Source: an uncultured Acidobacteriota bacterium
GTDB taxonomy: Bacteria > Acidobacteriota > Thermoanaerobaculia > Multivoradales > UBA5704
Length of the DNA: 64,000 nt
NCBI GenBank assembly: GCA_963770895.1
Contig: CAVYRF010000002.1
Span: 4,928,001-4,992,000, forward strand
Direction: 5' to 3'
A program made the translations under genes and the position numbers. This document shows, piece after piece, positions 1 to 11,400 of this stretch; position 1 is the first letter of the stretch; each line of letters opens with the position of its first letter. Under the pieces are notes generated by a model. That model searched no databases. It was given only the letters and a program-made list of their open reading frames with translations, and had not been told where the DNA came from.

Positions 1-681
1 CCAGGATTGCTCGCTCTCCCGGTACCCATCGGCCACCCCCAGCAGCTCCTTCTTGCCCTCGGCTGTGGCGCCCATGATCACCAGGATGCATTGCCGGCTG
101 TTACCGGGGCTTTCCAGTCGCACGTTGAAGTACACGCCGTCGGCCCAAAGGTAAACGTAGCGCTGGGCTGCCAGCGAGCGGGCCTGCCAGGCATTGAACT
201 CGTCCTCCCAGCCGCTCTTCAGACGGCCAATTGTCGTGGCCGAGAGCCCCGGTGCCTGCGGGCCAAGCAGCGCCGCCAAGGCTTCGCTGAAGTCGCCGCT
301 GCTTACGCCTTTGAGGTACAACCACGGCAACAACTCTTCAAGCGACCGAGTGCGACGCAGGTATTTCGGCAGGATCGACGACTGGAACCCTTCGCGATCG
401 GCAGGCTGCCGGCGGTCTCGCACGCGAGGCTGCTGCACCGCGATATCGCCCACCGGCGTCTGTAGCTTCCGCTCCGGCAAATGGCCGTTGCGCACCACCA
501 CCCGGTGACCAGCCTCGTCGCGCAGCCCCTCGTGGCTCTTCAGGTACTCGGCGACCTCTGCCTCGATCGCCTCGGCGAGCATCTTCCGCGCGCCCTGTCG
601 CAGAACCTCACCCAACACATCGGAGACTGATTCGCGCGGCTCGCCTGGGAACTGGACCAACTTTCCGCTACCATCGTCCAT
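1..681 (-). CDS. IS256 family transposase (N-terminal part, runs off window edge)
   Basis: Manual translation from ATG at 681 (GGAGG upstream): MDDGSGKLVQFPG...VRNGHLPERKLQTPVGDIAVQQPRVRDR...LPWLYLKGVSSGDFSEAL...YLWADGVYFNVR...LLGVADGYRESEQSW, typical IS256 motifs. Absent from the ORF track because no stop codon lies in the window. Confidence 0.92.
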   Translation of the reverse strand, partial: MDDGSGKLVQFPGEPRESVSDVLGEVLRQGARKMLAEAIEAEVAEYLKSHEGLRDEAGHRVVVRNGHLPERKLQTPVGDIAVQQPRVRDRRQPADREGFQSSILPKYLRRTRSLEELLPWLYLKGVSSGDFSEALAALLGPQAPGLSATTIGRLKSGWEDEFNAWQARSLAAQRYVYLWADGVYFNVRLESPGNSRQCILVIMGATAEGKKELLGVADGYRESEQSW

Positions 682-783
682 GGTGGCGTACCTCCTGCCC
701 CTCGGGGCGGAATGGGTGCCTCGAACACACCCAGGGTACGCCGCCTTCTCGCCTACCTCAAACACAAGATCTGGTTATACCTC
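1..783 (-). mobile_element. IS256 family element, upstream (left) end at about 783
   Basis: Minus strand begins GAGGTATAACCAGATCTTGTGTTTGAGG at 783, resembling IS256 terminal repeats. The istB reading frame resumes right after it. Confidence 0.75.
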
Positions 784-1267
784 AATCATCGGCGACCCTA
801 CCCTCGCGGACGGCATCCTCGACCGGCTCGTCCACGGCGCCTACGCCGTCGAGATGGATGGCGAATCGATGCGCGGCAAGCGCCGGAAGGCGGTCGTCAA
901 CGACGACACGGATCCATCGTGAGCCGCCTTGACGAAATCCGCAAGCTCCTGTGGAAAGTCACCCCCTCTTCCCCCGGCACCCCCATCACCCCCGGCCGGA
1001 GGTCTGCCGGCCTATGGAAGGCTGCCCACCCCCGCCCTGCCCCCGGCACCCTCCCACAGGCCTTGGAAAACCGCTTTGCGGTTTCCCACAGCCCTCCGGC
1101 CCCGACGGCGACGAGCCAGACCGCTCTATACTGGAACAAGAAACAAGAGAGGAGATCTCGAGACCTCAAAGTGGACACCTTCAACTGAGGATCACCTGAG
1201 CGTCGCTTCGCTCCGATTGCTGTCCACTTTGGATCGGAACGGCTGTCCACTTTCGCCGGAATACGCA
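784..1267 (+). mobile_element. IS21 family element remnant with right end
   Basis: istB tail, then repeated AAAGTGGACA/TGTCCACTTT boxes (about 1168-1253) and a terminus ...CCGGAATACGCA at 1267 (TG...CA ends with multiple subterminal repeats, as in IS21). Confidence 0.8.
785..922 (+). pseudogene. istB: C-terminal fragment of IS21 helper ATPase IstB, interrupted by IS256
   Basis: IIGDPTLADGILDRLVHGAYAVEMDGESMR is the conserved IstB C-terminus. Confidence 0.85.
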
Positions 1268-1467
1268 TGAGCGTCCTGCGGACCTGTCATCAGCAGCATC
1301 TCGATCCTCTGCGGACCTGTACCCAGCTACTCCGGACGCCTGGAATACCGCCCCACGAGCTGCTGCCGGCGCCGCCGTGAGCCTCGCGGCCGACGCTCCA
1401 GGCGCCAGTGGCTTCACATTGCGCTCGAAATACTGAGCTGTCCAAGATCTCGGTCGGTAAACAGGTA

Positions 1468-2345
1468 CGCTCCATTTTCCATTGACGCAGACGATAGCCG
1501 TTGCTGCCCCCACCATCAGCGGTGATGAGAAGAGTCCTTGCCTTGGGATAGAGCCGCCGCCCTTCGGCGCGCCACCAACCGCGAATCGACGCCACCGCGA
1601 AGGCGCCAGTGTCGTGGTCAATGCCTATCGTCACGAAGCCAGTGTTTCGACCCAGATCGTAGACACCGTACGGGTACGCGCGCGGCACGGAGGGAGCTGG
1701 AAAGTCGTGGACATTGACCCGCTGCGGATCCCCTCCCTTTCGCCACTGCTGGCCCTTGTTCTGGTAGTTGCCGAGGATCTCCTTCTTCTTCGTGTCAACC
1801 GAGATGACCGGCCGCTTTGCAGCCAAGGCTTTGCGCACTTGCTCGTTGATGTATTGAAACTGAGCATCGCGATCCGGATGGCTGCTCCCCTCGTCTGCCT
1901 TCCGGTTGCCTTGAAGGCTGTAGTCCATTTGTCGCAGCAACTGCGCCACCTTCTCATGGCTGACCGGATGGTTCTGAGCCGCAAGTTCCGCGGCGAGGAC
2001 GCGGGTGCTCTTGCTTGTCCAGCGTAGCGGGGACTCTGGGTCGCCGCTCGTCAGCGGCTCCACGAGAGCCTCCAACCGGCTCAGCAGGTCGGGGTCGAGC
2101 ATTTCCAGCGATGGTCGCCCACCGCCTTCGCGCCGGACCCGACCCGCAGGTAGAGGGGCACTCTCGAGTTCCTGTAGACCCTTCGTGATTGTGACGCGAG
2201 ACAAACCGCATGCCCGACTGACCGTCGACACACCGCCATGCCCCAGTTGACGAGCCTCGCTCGCCGCAAAGAGTCGTCGTGCACGCTCGTCCAGATGGGG
2301 CCAGAGGAGAGCCACCTTTTGCTGAAGCGATCGAAGATCTGTCAT
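1468..2345 (-). pseudogene. ISAzo13 family transposase, C-terminally truncated
   Basis: LDERARRLFAASEARQLGHGG, ISVDTKKKE.GNY.NKG, VHDFP, PYGVYD, DHDTGAFAV, ITADGGGSNG.R.RQWK. Similarity stops after WKME, and the expected PPGTSKWN segment is missing. Confidence 0.88.
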
Positions 2346-2354
2346 CTCCAAATC

Positions 2355-2383
2355 GTTGTATCACCATCTCCACGGCATGTCAA
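2355..2383 (-). promoter_or_regulatory. sigma70-type promoter of the ISAzo13 transposase (probably a near-leaderless mRNA)
   Basis: TTGACA-17 bp-TACAAC on the minus strand, 9 nt upstream of the ATG at 2345. Confidence 0.6.
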
Positions 2384-2402
2384 TGTTATTTATTGACGCT
2401 GC

Positions 2403-5400
2403 CTAACTCGGTGGTTCCGGCGAGTTGTCTGGGCTCGGTGGCTGAGGCTCGGTCGGATTGGGTGTTGGCTTCTGATCTGGCATAATATTGACACGCGTAT
2501 TCTCGCTAGGCTTCCCCCCTTCCCCCGCCTCAAAGTGTCCGTGAAGCTGAGGGGCTTTGACTTCGTGGGACCCAAATCTAATGATTCTGGTGCCGTCCGC
2601 TGAGACATATCGACCTGGTGAGACCTCAGTGTACCCATCACCTAGGTATTGTAGCGCGGCATCGAGAAATTCGGACTCTGATACGCTACCTCCGAAATAT
2701 TCTGGTGCACGCCCCTTTGGCGTAGAGCTACGAAGGTTTAACCCTGTATTATCGCCTGACTGACCCTCCGGCCGAAGTGTTTCCCAAGGACTCTGGGTAT
2801 CGGATTTTGGCGCAGCACTCTTGCGCAAAACAAAGTCGCCAAGGCGAATATCGCCGTCTTCACCTTCGAGGGTAGAGTCGCCGTCCGGAGTGCTCTTTGT
2901 TGCCGGAGGTGCGGGAGCCTCGATCTCTGTGCCGCTTGGGAAGATACTTGGTGTTTTACCCCCGCCGGCGGTGAAGCCGTGGATTGCGGCTCCGAGAACG
3001 GCACCGCCGACGGCAGATCCGGCGTATGTGCCTAAGCTTGAGACTTGGCCTTCGATTGCGTCACTGGTCCCTTGGCCGGCAAGGCCTCCGACGGCTCCTC
3101 CCACGGCCGTTGCGGTGATTGCACCGGCTCCCGCCGCTGCGGCTGCCGCTGTAGCGACTCCTCCTGTCGCTGCGCCCACGGCGGTGACCGCGAATGTTTT
3201 CGCGGCAAACTTCAACTCCTTCTTGACTTCTTTGTCGACTCCTTTGGCGACCTGAGTGAGGGTGGTGGCGTTGATGGCGTCGCCGATGCCGGCTTTGACC
3301 ATGATGGCGTCGGCTTCGGCGGGGGTGAGGCCGCCTTGTTGGACAAGGGCCAGATGGAAGGCGACGGGATCTTTCTTGGCTTGGGCTGTTGTTACGGCTT
3401 GGCGGTGGTCATTTTCATCGACGATGAAGGTCGTGCCCTGCTTGTTGACGGATGCCGCACGGCCATCAGGATCCAGGTACACGGTTGGGTTGGCGTAGGC
3501 GTAGAGGTAGCGGTGGAGGCTCGGTGGGTTGTCGGTTTTGCCGTCGGCGGGGTCTTCGGTTAGGAAGCGGCCGATGGTGGGGTCGTAGAAGCGGGCTTTG
3601 AAGTAGTACAAGCCCGTCTCGATGTCGAGCTCGTGGCCAGTGAAGGCGAAGGCGTTGAAGCTCCCGCCACTCGTCGAGCGGTAGTTGCCCCAGGCGTCGT
3701 ATTGATAGGTGGCCCGGAGGCTGCCGGTGGTGGTGGTGAGGTCGGTGATCGAGCCCAAGGCGTCGAAGAGGTAGAAGGAGCGGCCTTCGGTCTGCTGGTT
3801 TTGGGAGAGGAGGCGGTCGGGGCCGTAGTCGTATTTGGCGAGGGTCTGATTGTTGGCGTCGGTTTCCAGGAGGACGGATTTGTCGTCGAAGGTGTAGTGG
3901 ATGTAGCCGAGGGCGCCCTGCTTCAGGACTCTCAGGCCCTTGTAGTCGTACTCGTAGGTGCCCAGCGTCGAAGAGGCTTGCGAAACGGCGGTGAGCTGGT
4001 CGCGGACGTCGTAGTGGAAGGTGGTGGTGGTGCTGTTTTGGGTCTTTGCGAGCTGGTTGCCGTTGGCGTCGAAGGTGTAGGCGATGCTTTGCGCGCTGTT
4101 GAGGTTGTCGGTGAGGGTGGTGAGCTGGTGGCGCGCGTTGTAGGTCAGGGTGTGGTTGGTGAGGGGGGAGCTGTCGGCGTTGCTGGTGGCTTTTTCGGTG
4201 GTGCGGTCGCCGACCTTGTCGTAGGTGTAGGCGACCTGCTGGTCGGGGTAGGCGACGCCGGTGAGGCGGTCGGCGGGGTCGTAGGTGTAGGTGGTGGTCT
4301 GGCCTGCGGCGGGGCCGTTGGCGCGGATTTCAAGCTGGCTTGTGCGGTTGCTGTCGGGGTCGTACTGGTATTGGAAGTGGCTGAGGACGGTCGCGGCGCC
4401 GAGGCGGTTTTCCTGGACCTGGATGCGGGCGGCGGCGTCGTAGGTGGTGTTTTCGTTGGTGCCGTTGGGGTAGGTGACGGTCTGGATGCGGCTGTCGCGC
4501 AGGTAGGCGTAGTTGGTGATGCCGGCTCCGTTGACGTTGACGGCGGTGAGGCGGTTGAGGGCGTCGTAGGTGTAGCGGGTGACCAGGTTGTCGGGGTCCT
4601 GGAGGCTGGTGCGGTTGCCGTTGGGGTCGTAGGTGTAGGCGAGGGTGAGGCCGTAGCGATCGGTGACGGTGAGGAGGCGATCGAACAGATCGTAGGTGTG
4701 GGCGGTCTGGCGGGTGTGTGGGGCGCCGGACCAGGTTTCCTGGATCGCCGTGGGGTTGTTGTTGGGATCGTAGGTGAGGGCGATGGACTGGAGGTCGTCG
4801 GTGGTGGGCGGCGCCGGGGGCGGATAGGTGGCGAAGGTCTGGCGGTCGATGGCGTCGTAGGCGTAGGCGATGGTCTGGCCGTCGGCGTCGGTGAGGCCGG
4901 TGCGGTTGCCGTTGGGGTCGTAGGCGTAGGACTCGACGGCATTGTCGGGGTAGGTCTTCTGGGTGACTCGGTTGAGGATGTCGTATTGCCAGGCGGTGGT
5001 CTTGGATTCGCCGTCGGTGGTGGTGAGGCGATTGCTGTCCAGGTCGTAGGTGTAGCTGGTGCGATCGCCCACGGGGTCCTGGACGGCGGTGAGGCGGTTG
5101 GCCGCGTCGTAGGTGTAGGTCCAGGGTTGGCCGGGGAAGGCGGGGCGCTGTCTCTGGATGCGGTTGCCGTCGCCGTCGTAGGCGTAGGTGGTGGTGTCGC
5201 CGGCGTTGTCGGTTTCGGTGAGGAGGTGGCGCCGCAGGTCGTGGGTGTAGGTGGTGACGCGGCCTTCGGGGTCGGTGGCGTTGGCGCGGTCGCCCATGGT
5301 GTCCAGGGTGAAGGTGGTGATGGCGGCCAGCGGGCGCTCTTCGGCGGTCTGCAGGTTCCTTTCGTCGTATTCGTAGCCGGTGGTGTTGCTGTTGGCGTCG

Positions 5401-8400
5401 GTGACGAAGCGGCGGTTGCCGGCGGGGTCGTATTGGATGGTCTGCAGCAGCACTCCAGCCTTGGTAGTCTGGGTGAGGCGCCCTTCGGGGTCGTAGGTGT
5501 GGGAGCTGAGGGTGCCGCGGCGGTCGACTTCGGTGAGCTTGCTGCCCAGGCCGTCGTAGGTGAAGGTCTGGGTGTAGGCCAGCGGCTGCGGGGCGGTGGT
5601 CAGGATCAGCCGGTTGAGGGAGTCGTAGGCGAAGGCGGTGGTCTGGCCCTTGCGATCGGTCTGCGCCAGGCGGTTGCCGACGGCGTCGTAGGTGACGGTG
5701 GTGGTGTAGGCGAAGGGCTGCGGGTCGGTGGTCTGCACCAGGCGGTCGAGGCGGTCGAACTGATAGGTGGTGATCGACCCGCGCGGATCGGTTTCCGCGA
5801 CCTGGTTGCCGGCCACGTCCCAGGCCTTGGTGACCGTGCGGCTGGCGGGCAGATCCTGCTCGACGAGGCGGTGCAGCGCGTCGTAGTGGTCAGTGGTGAG
5901 GTTGCCGTTGGCGTCGGTCTGGGTGGTGGGGTCGCCGTTGGCGTCGTAGGTGGCGGCGCTGACGGCTCCGATCGTGTCGGTCGTCGCGATCAGGCGGTTG
6001 AGCGCATCGTAGGCGTGGGTGACGGCGTTGCCGTTGGGGAGCTGCTCGGAGATGCGGTTGTTGACCAGGTCGTAGCCGTAGGTGGTGACCAGGCTGCGGT
6101 TGGGCTGCGTGACCCGGTTGAGCAGCACGGTCGTCTGGGTGAGACGGTTGCGCGCGTCGTAGGCGAAGTTGGTGGTGTTGAGGAGCGGATCGATCTTGCG
6201 CGTGGTGTTGCCGTCGGCGTCGTATTCGAAGGTGGTGGTGTCGCCGAGCGAATCGGTGCGCTGGACGGCGCGGTTGAGGGGGTCGAAGACGGCGGTGTGG
6301 ACGCGGTCCTGCGGCTGGTTGCGCTGGCGCTCGCTGACCAGGTTGCCGTTGCCGTCCCAGGTGTCGACGGTCTCGGTGGGGGAGCCCGTCTGCCAGGGCG
6401 GCAGGTCCTTCTGGAGCATGCGGTTGAGCTCGTCGTAGGTGATCGTGGTGAGGCGCCCCAGCGGGTCCTGCTGCTGCGTGACGTTGCCGTTGCCGTCCAA
6501 GGTGAAGAGGGTCGACACGAGGCCCGAGTCGCTGGTGCGGTCGGTGCGGATGCGGCGGTTCAAGCCGTCGTAGGTGTGATGGGTGACGCGCGTGCTGAAA
6601 CCCGGCTGCGAGGAGTCGCTCAGGGTTTCGCTGGCGACGTTGCCGACCCCGTCGTAGGTGTAGGCGGTGGTCTTGCCGAGCGGTTCGGTGCGCCCTGCCA
6701 GCCGCTCGGCGTCGTCGTATTGGAAGGTGGTGTCGTGGCGCGGCGACGCGCTGTCGAACCAGTCGGTTTCGAGCGTCTTGTTGCTGGCCAGGTCGTACTG
6801 GTAGAGCTTGGTGCCGGCGGCGGCGTTGTCGATCTGCACCGGCCGCCCCTGCAGGTCGGAGGTGGTCGTCGTCACCCGCCCCAGGGCGTCGGTCCTGGTG
6901 ACGACGTCGCTGACGTCGTCGTAGGCGGTGGTTTCGACGGCCGGAGCGCTGCCGACCAGGGGGTAGGTCTTGCTGGTGACCCGGTTGAGCGTGTCGTAGG
7001 CGAAGCTGGTGACGTTGCCGTTGGGATCGGTCTGGGTGAGCGGCAGGCTGCGCACGCTCCAGGCGGTTGCGGTGACGCCGCCCAGCGGGTTCTTGCTGGT
7101 GGCGAGGTTGCCGTAGGCGTCGTAGGTAAAGGCCGTGGTGTTGCCGCGCGCGTCGGTGGTCGAGGCGCGGTCGCCGCTCGGCAGGTAGGTGTTGCCGATG
7201 GTCAGGATCTGCTGGTTGCCCGAATCGTCGTGGACGGTGACCTGCTGCTGCGTCAGGTTGCCGGCTCCGTCGTAGGTGTACGACGTGGTGACGCCGTTGC
7301 GGTCGGTGCGGGTGGCGACGCGCTGCTTGATGTAGGGCGGCGTGAAGTTGGCCGGCGGCTCGTAGGTGGTCTGGATCGAATAATTGTGGGTCTGCCCCTG
7401 GACGTCGGTGACGGCGACCGCTTCCGACACCTGGTTGCCGTAGGCGTCGTAGGTGTAGCTGGTGGTGACGCCGTTGGCGTCGGTGCGGCTGGTCATCAGC
7501 ACGTCGTCGACCGCCCAGGTCATCTGGGTGGTGTCCTGCAGCGGATCGACGATCTGCAGCGCGCTGCCGTACTGGTTGAGGGTGTAGGTGGTGAGCTTGC
7601 CGCGCGGGTCGCTGACGCCGACCCCCAGGCCTTGCGAGGCGCGGCTGACCAGGTCCGGCAGGTCGTAGCTGAACTGCGTGACGCCGCCCATCGGCTCGGT
7701 GAGCTGGGTGACGTTCCAGCTGGGCACCTGGACGTTGCCCTGCAGGCCGATCGCCGCCGCCCCGTACTGGTAGGTCGTGGTCGCGGTGTCGAGCTGGTTT
7801 TCGGCGGCGATCAGCTTGTGGCGCAGCGCCAGCCCGTACGACGGCGGCACGGCGTAGGTGTAGGTCTCGACGCGGCTGCCGCCCTCGCGGCTGGCCTCGG
7901 TGAGGTTGCCGTAGCCGTCGTACTGGAAGCTCATCGCCATGCCGTCGGGGCCGGCGACCTGACTGATCAGCGACCGCTGCTCGCCGGTCGGCTGCATGGC
8001 TGTCTTCTGGTAGGTGAAGGCGAGGGCGCGGCCGGCGTCGTCGGCGACGGTGAGCAGCAGCGGCGGCTGGGTGGGGTCGCTGGTGTCGTAGGTGAGCCGC
8101 GTGGTGAGGCCGTTGGGATCGGCGACGTAGGAGAGCGGGAACTCGGAGGGGGCGCCCGAGGTGCCGGGGATGAAGTGATAGCGCAGCCCGGACTTGCTGT
8201 AGAAGTCGAAGCTGCCGTCGGCGCTGTTGGCGACCAGGCTGCCGTGGTAGCCGCGCAGCGGCGTGAAGTTGCCGTGGCCGTCGCCGACGAAGCGCATGCC
8301 GGAGCCTTCGCCGCCGATGACGATGACGTCGCCGCAGGGGGTGACGACGATCTTCGAGTCGTAGCTGTGGCTCCAGCCGACGCCGAGCGGGCCGGGCTCG

Positions 8401-11400
8401 TCGCCGGCGTTGCTCGAATAGTTGCGCGACAGGTCGAGCGCGGGGCCGTGTCCGGGCAGCGACAGATCGTCGCGCGCCAGCGACAGGTGGCCGTCGAAGA
8501 GGTCGACGCCCTTGACGATGACGTGCCCGACCGGCAGGGTGTCACGGGAGCGGAACTCCGACACGATCGTGCCGGTCACGTCCTCGGTCGTGCCGTCGGC
8601 GTCGGCGACGCCGTGCAGGGTGTACTGGTAGGTGCCCGGCGCGAGCGAGTAGGCGGCCGGCGGCGTGCCTGCCGGCGACAGGATGACGCTCTGTTGCCCG
8701 GCGGCGTACTCCTGGCTCTGGAACAGGGTTTGGCTGGGGCCGTCGTTGGCGGAGCCGTCGGTGTTGAGGCTGGAGATAGGCGCCACGGTGAGGGTGACCT
8801 GGGCACCTTGGGCGAGCGTCCAGCTGAGCGGCGCCAGGGTCGGGCAGTAGCGCTGGTTGAGCAGGTCGACGTCCTGCGACACGTAGACCGCCGGCGCGTG
8901 GGTGGCGAAGATGCCCTGGTGCAGCGGCATGGTGAAGAGGTCGGAGTCGACCTCGTCGACGCTGCCGGCGTTGAGGATGAGCTGCGCCTGGTTGACGTTC
9001 TGCAGGCTGAAGGCCGCGCCGCGCGGGATGGTGGCCGTGCCGGTGGCGGTGGTGGCCGAGCCGACGGCGACCGAGGTGACGGCGCTGTTGGTGAGGAACT
9101 CGACGCTGGCGGTGGCCGCGGTGTAGGCCGGCGGATCGATGCCGTAGTTGACCTGGGTGCTGCCCGCCGTCTCGCCGCTGGCGGTCAGCACCATCGGCTG
9201 CGGCTGGGTGCCGCTCACCTGCGGGTTGAGGCCCCAGAGGGTGGCGACCTGGGAGGGCGACAGGGGTTGCGGGGTGGGCCCCACCAGCTGGCTCGACCCG
9301 TCAGGGAAGATGACCTGGGACAGCGTTTCGACGGTGCCCTGCACGGTGACGGCGTTGCTGGCGGGCGTGGCGCCGGCGGTGACGATGGCCGACGAGACCT
9401 TGGTGGTGGCGTCGTAGATCGTGGCGCTCGCCGAGCCGCCGTTGTCGACGGTGAAGGTCAGCGAGCCGTCGAGCGGGTGGAGCGTGAAGGTGGAATCGAA
9501 ATACGGATAGGGCTGGCCGCCGCCCGGCGGCGTGCGCATGGTGTAGGCGGCGAGCATGCCGACCAACTCGACCTGGATCGGCTTGGTGTAGGTGTGCCCG
9601 GCGCGCACGGCGTTGATGATCTGGCCGTAGGCGTTGACGTCGGCGGTGCCGGTCGGCGACAGGCCGGTCCATTCGCAGAAGTCCTGCTCGTCCGGCTGGC
9701 TGGGCTGACCGTTGGGTCCCTGCGTGCCGACCTTGACGCTGGGGTAGAAGACGAAGGGCGCCATGGTGAGCGTGCCGGCGGACACGTTGACCGTGTACAT
9801 GGCGGCGACGTCGTTGCCCAGGATCACGCCGGCTCCGGTGCCGTAGGCGTTGGTGGTGGTGACGACCGAGGGTCCGCCGCAGCTGCCCAGGATCGGCGAC
9901 GGGATGGGGCAGGCGGCCAGGTTGCCGTTGGGCGCCAGCGCGTCGTCGAAGACCGCCGCGTTCTGCTGGTTCGAGCCCGGCGGGTTGTTGCACTGCACGT
10001 CGTCGCGGCGCGCCGCCGGGCCGACGGCGAAGGTCACCGGCACGTTCGAGATCGAGTTGCCGAAGGAGTCCTGGACCTGGACGTGCACGTCGCCGGCGTA
10101 CATGCCGGGGTTGCCGCCCATCTGCTGGCTCGGCTCCTGGCTGACGATGGTCGCGGGCGGGCCGGGGAAGCCGTAGGCATAGAAGGGGGCGTCGGGGGAG
10201 AGCGCGCCGTCGTGGGTCGAGACCGAGGCGTCGACGAGCTGGACGAGCGCCTGGGTGGCATAGGCGTCGGTCGGGTTCTGCAGCAGGAACGCCGGGCTGG
10301 CCGCGGTCTGCTGGCCGAGGCGGATGGTTACCGCGGCGTGGCCGAGCGGGTCGGTGACGACCGCGACCGAGGTGCTTTCGGCCGAGGTCGCCGGATCGAC
10401 AAGGGTGCCGCCGCCGGTGCCCGCGGCGCTGGTGAAGGTGACGGTGGCCCCCTGGACGGGCTTGCCGGACGCGTCGCGCGCCACGACGGCGAGCTGGGCC
10501 GGCAGCAGGGTCCCCACCTGGCCCACCTGGTTGTTGGTCGCCGAGACGATGACCAGGCTGGCCGCCGAGAGCGGATCGGCGTTGGGCTGCACCGTGCCGT
10601 ACGGGTCTGCGAGCGCGTTGGCGGCGAACTGCAGCGTCCACTGGTCGGGCGACTCGGCGGAGGCGCCGCCGGCGAGGCCGCCGGCGATCAGGTAGGCGGC
10701 GCCGCCGCTCACCGGGTCCTCCACCACCCAGATCGAGCCGGTCCAGGAGTCGCGCGTGACGGCGGTCGCCGGCACGTCCACGGTGAGGCCCTGGCTCAGC
10801 CAGTTCTGGATGTCGGCCAGGACCGCCGCCGGCTGCTGGAGGTTGGACGGCAGCGGTGTGGCGTTCTGGGCGGTGAGGTGGAGCACCGGGATGCCGGCCT
10901 GGTTGGCGACGCCGATGCCCTTGTCGGCCGAGACGGAATCGACCTGGAAGTCCTGCTCGAAGGTGAGGTGCTCCCAGGACGAGCCTTCGAGCGCCGAGAC
11001 GCGCATCCAGTCGAAGGCGGTCGAGGGATCGGCGCCGCGCGCGAACGGTTCGGCGACGCGCAGCGGCGCGTCGAGGGTGACGCCCTGCCACTGGAAGGCG
11101 TAGGGGAGCGACGCCACCAGGTCGATGGTGACCGCGTTGCCGACCACCGACAGCGACGGCAGCGGCCGCATCACGCCGACGTCGAAGAGGCCGCCCAGCT
11201 CGGTTTCGGCCTGGTCCCAGTGCTGGCTGTAGGCGAGCGCCTCCTGGGAGAGGAGGTGGGCTCCCTGCGACTCGACGTCGCCGGGGTCGGGGGTGGCGGG
11301 CGCGGGCGGCGCGATCGCTTCTTCGGCCCCCACGTTGAGGGCGTAGTAGCTGCCGGCGGTGAGCGATTCGTCGATCGTCTCGCTGCCGTAGGGGCCGGCG

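Larger units (their letters stand above)
1468..2403 (-). mobile_element. ISAzo13 family element (left end about 2403, right part lost)
   Basis: Minus strand TAG-GCAGCGTCAATAAATAA upstream of the transposase; the AAATAA-containing end resembles ISAzo13 inverted repeats. Confidence 0.7.

Noticed and set aside
7-465. 152-aa plus-strand ORF
   Set aside because: Antisense to the IS256 transposase.
2390-2763. Small ORFs overlapping the RHS tip as candidate immunity genes
   Set aside because: They lie almost entirely within the toxin coding sequence in other frames or strands and lack a clear RBS.
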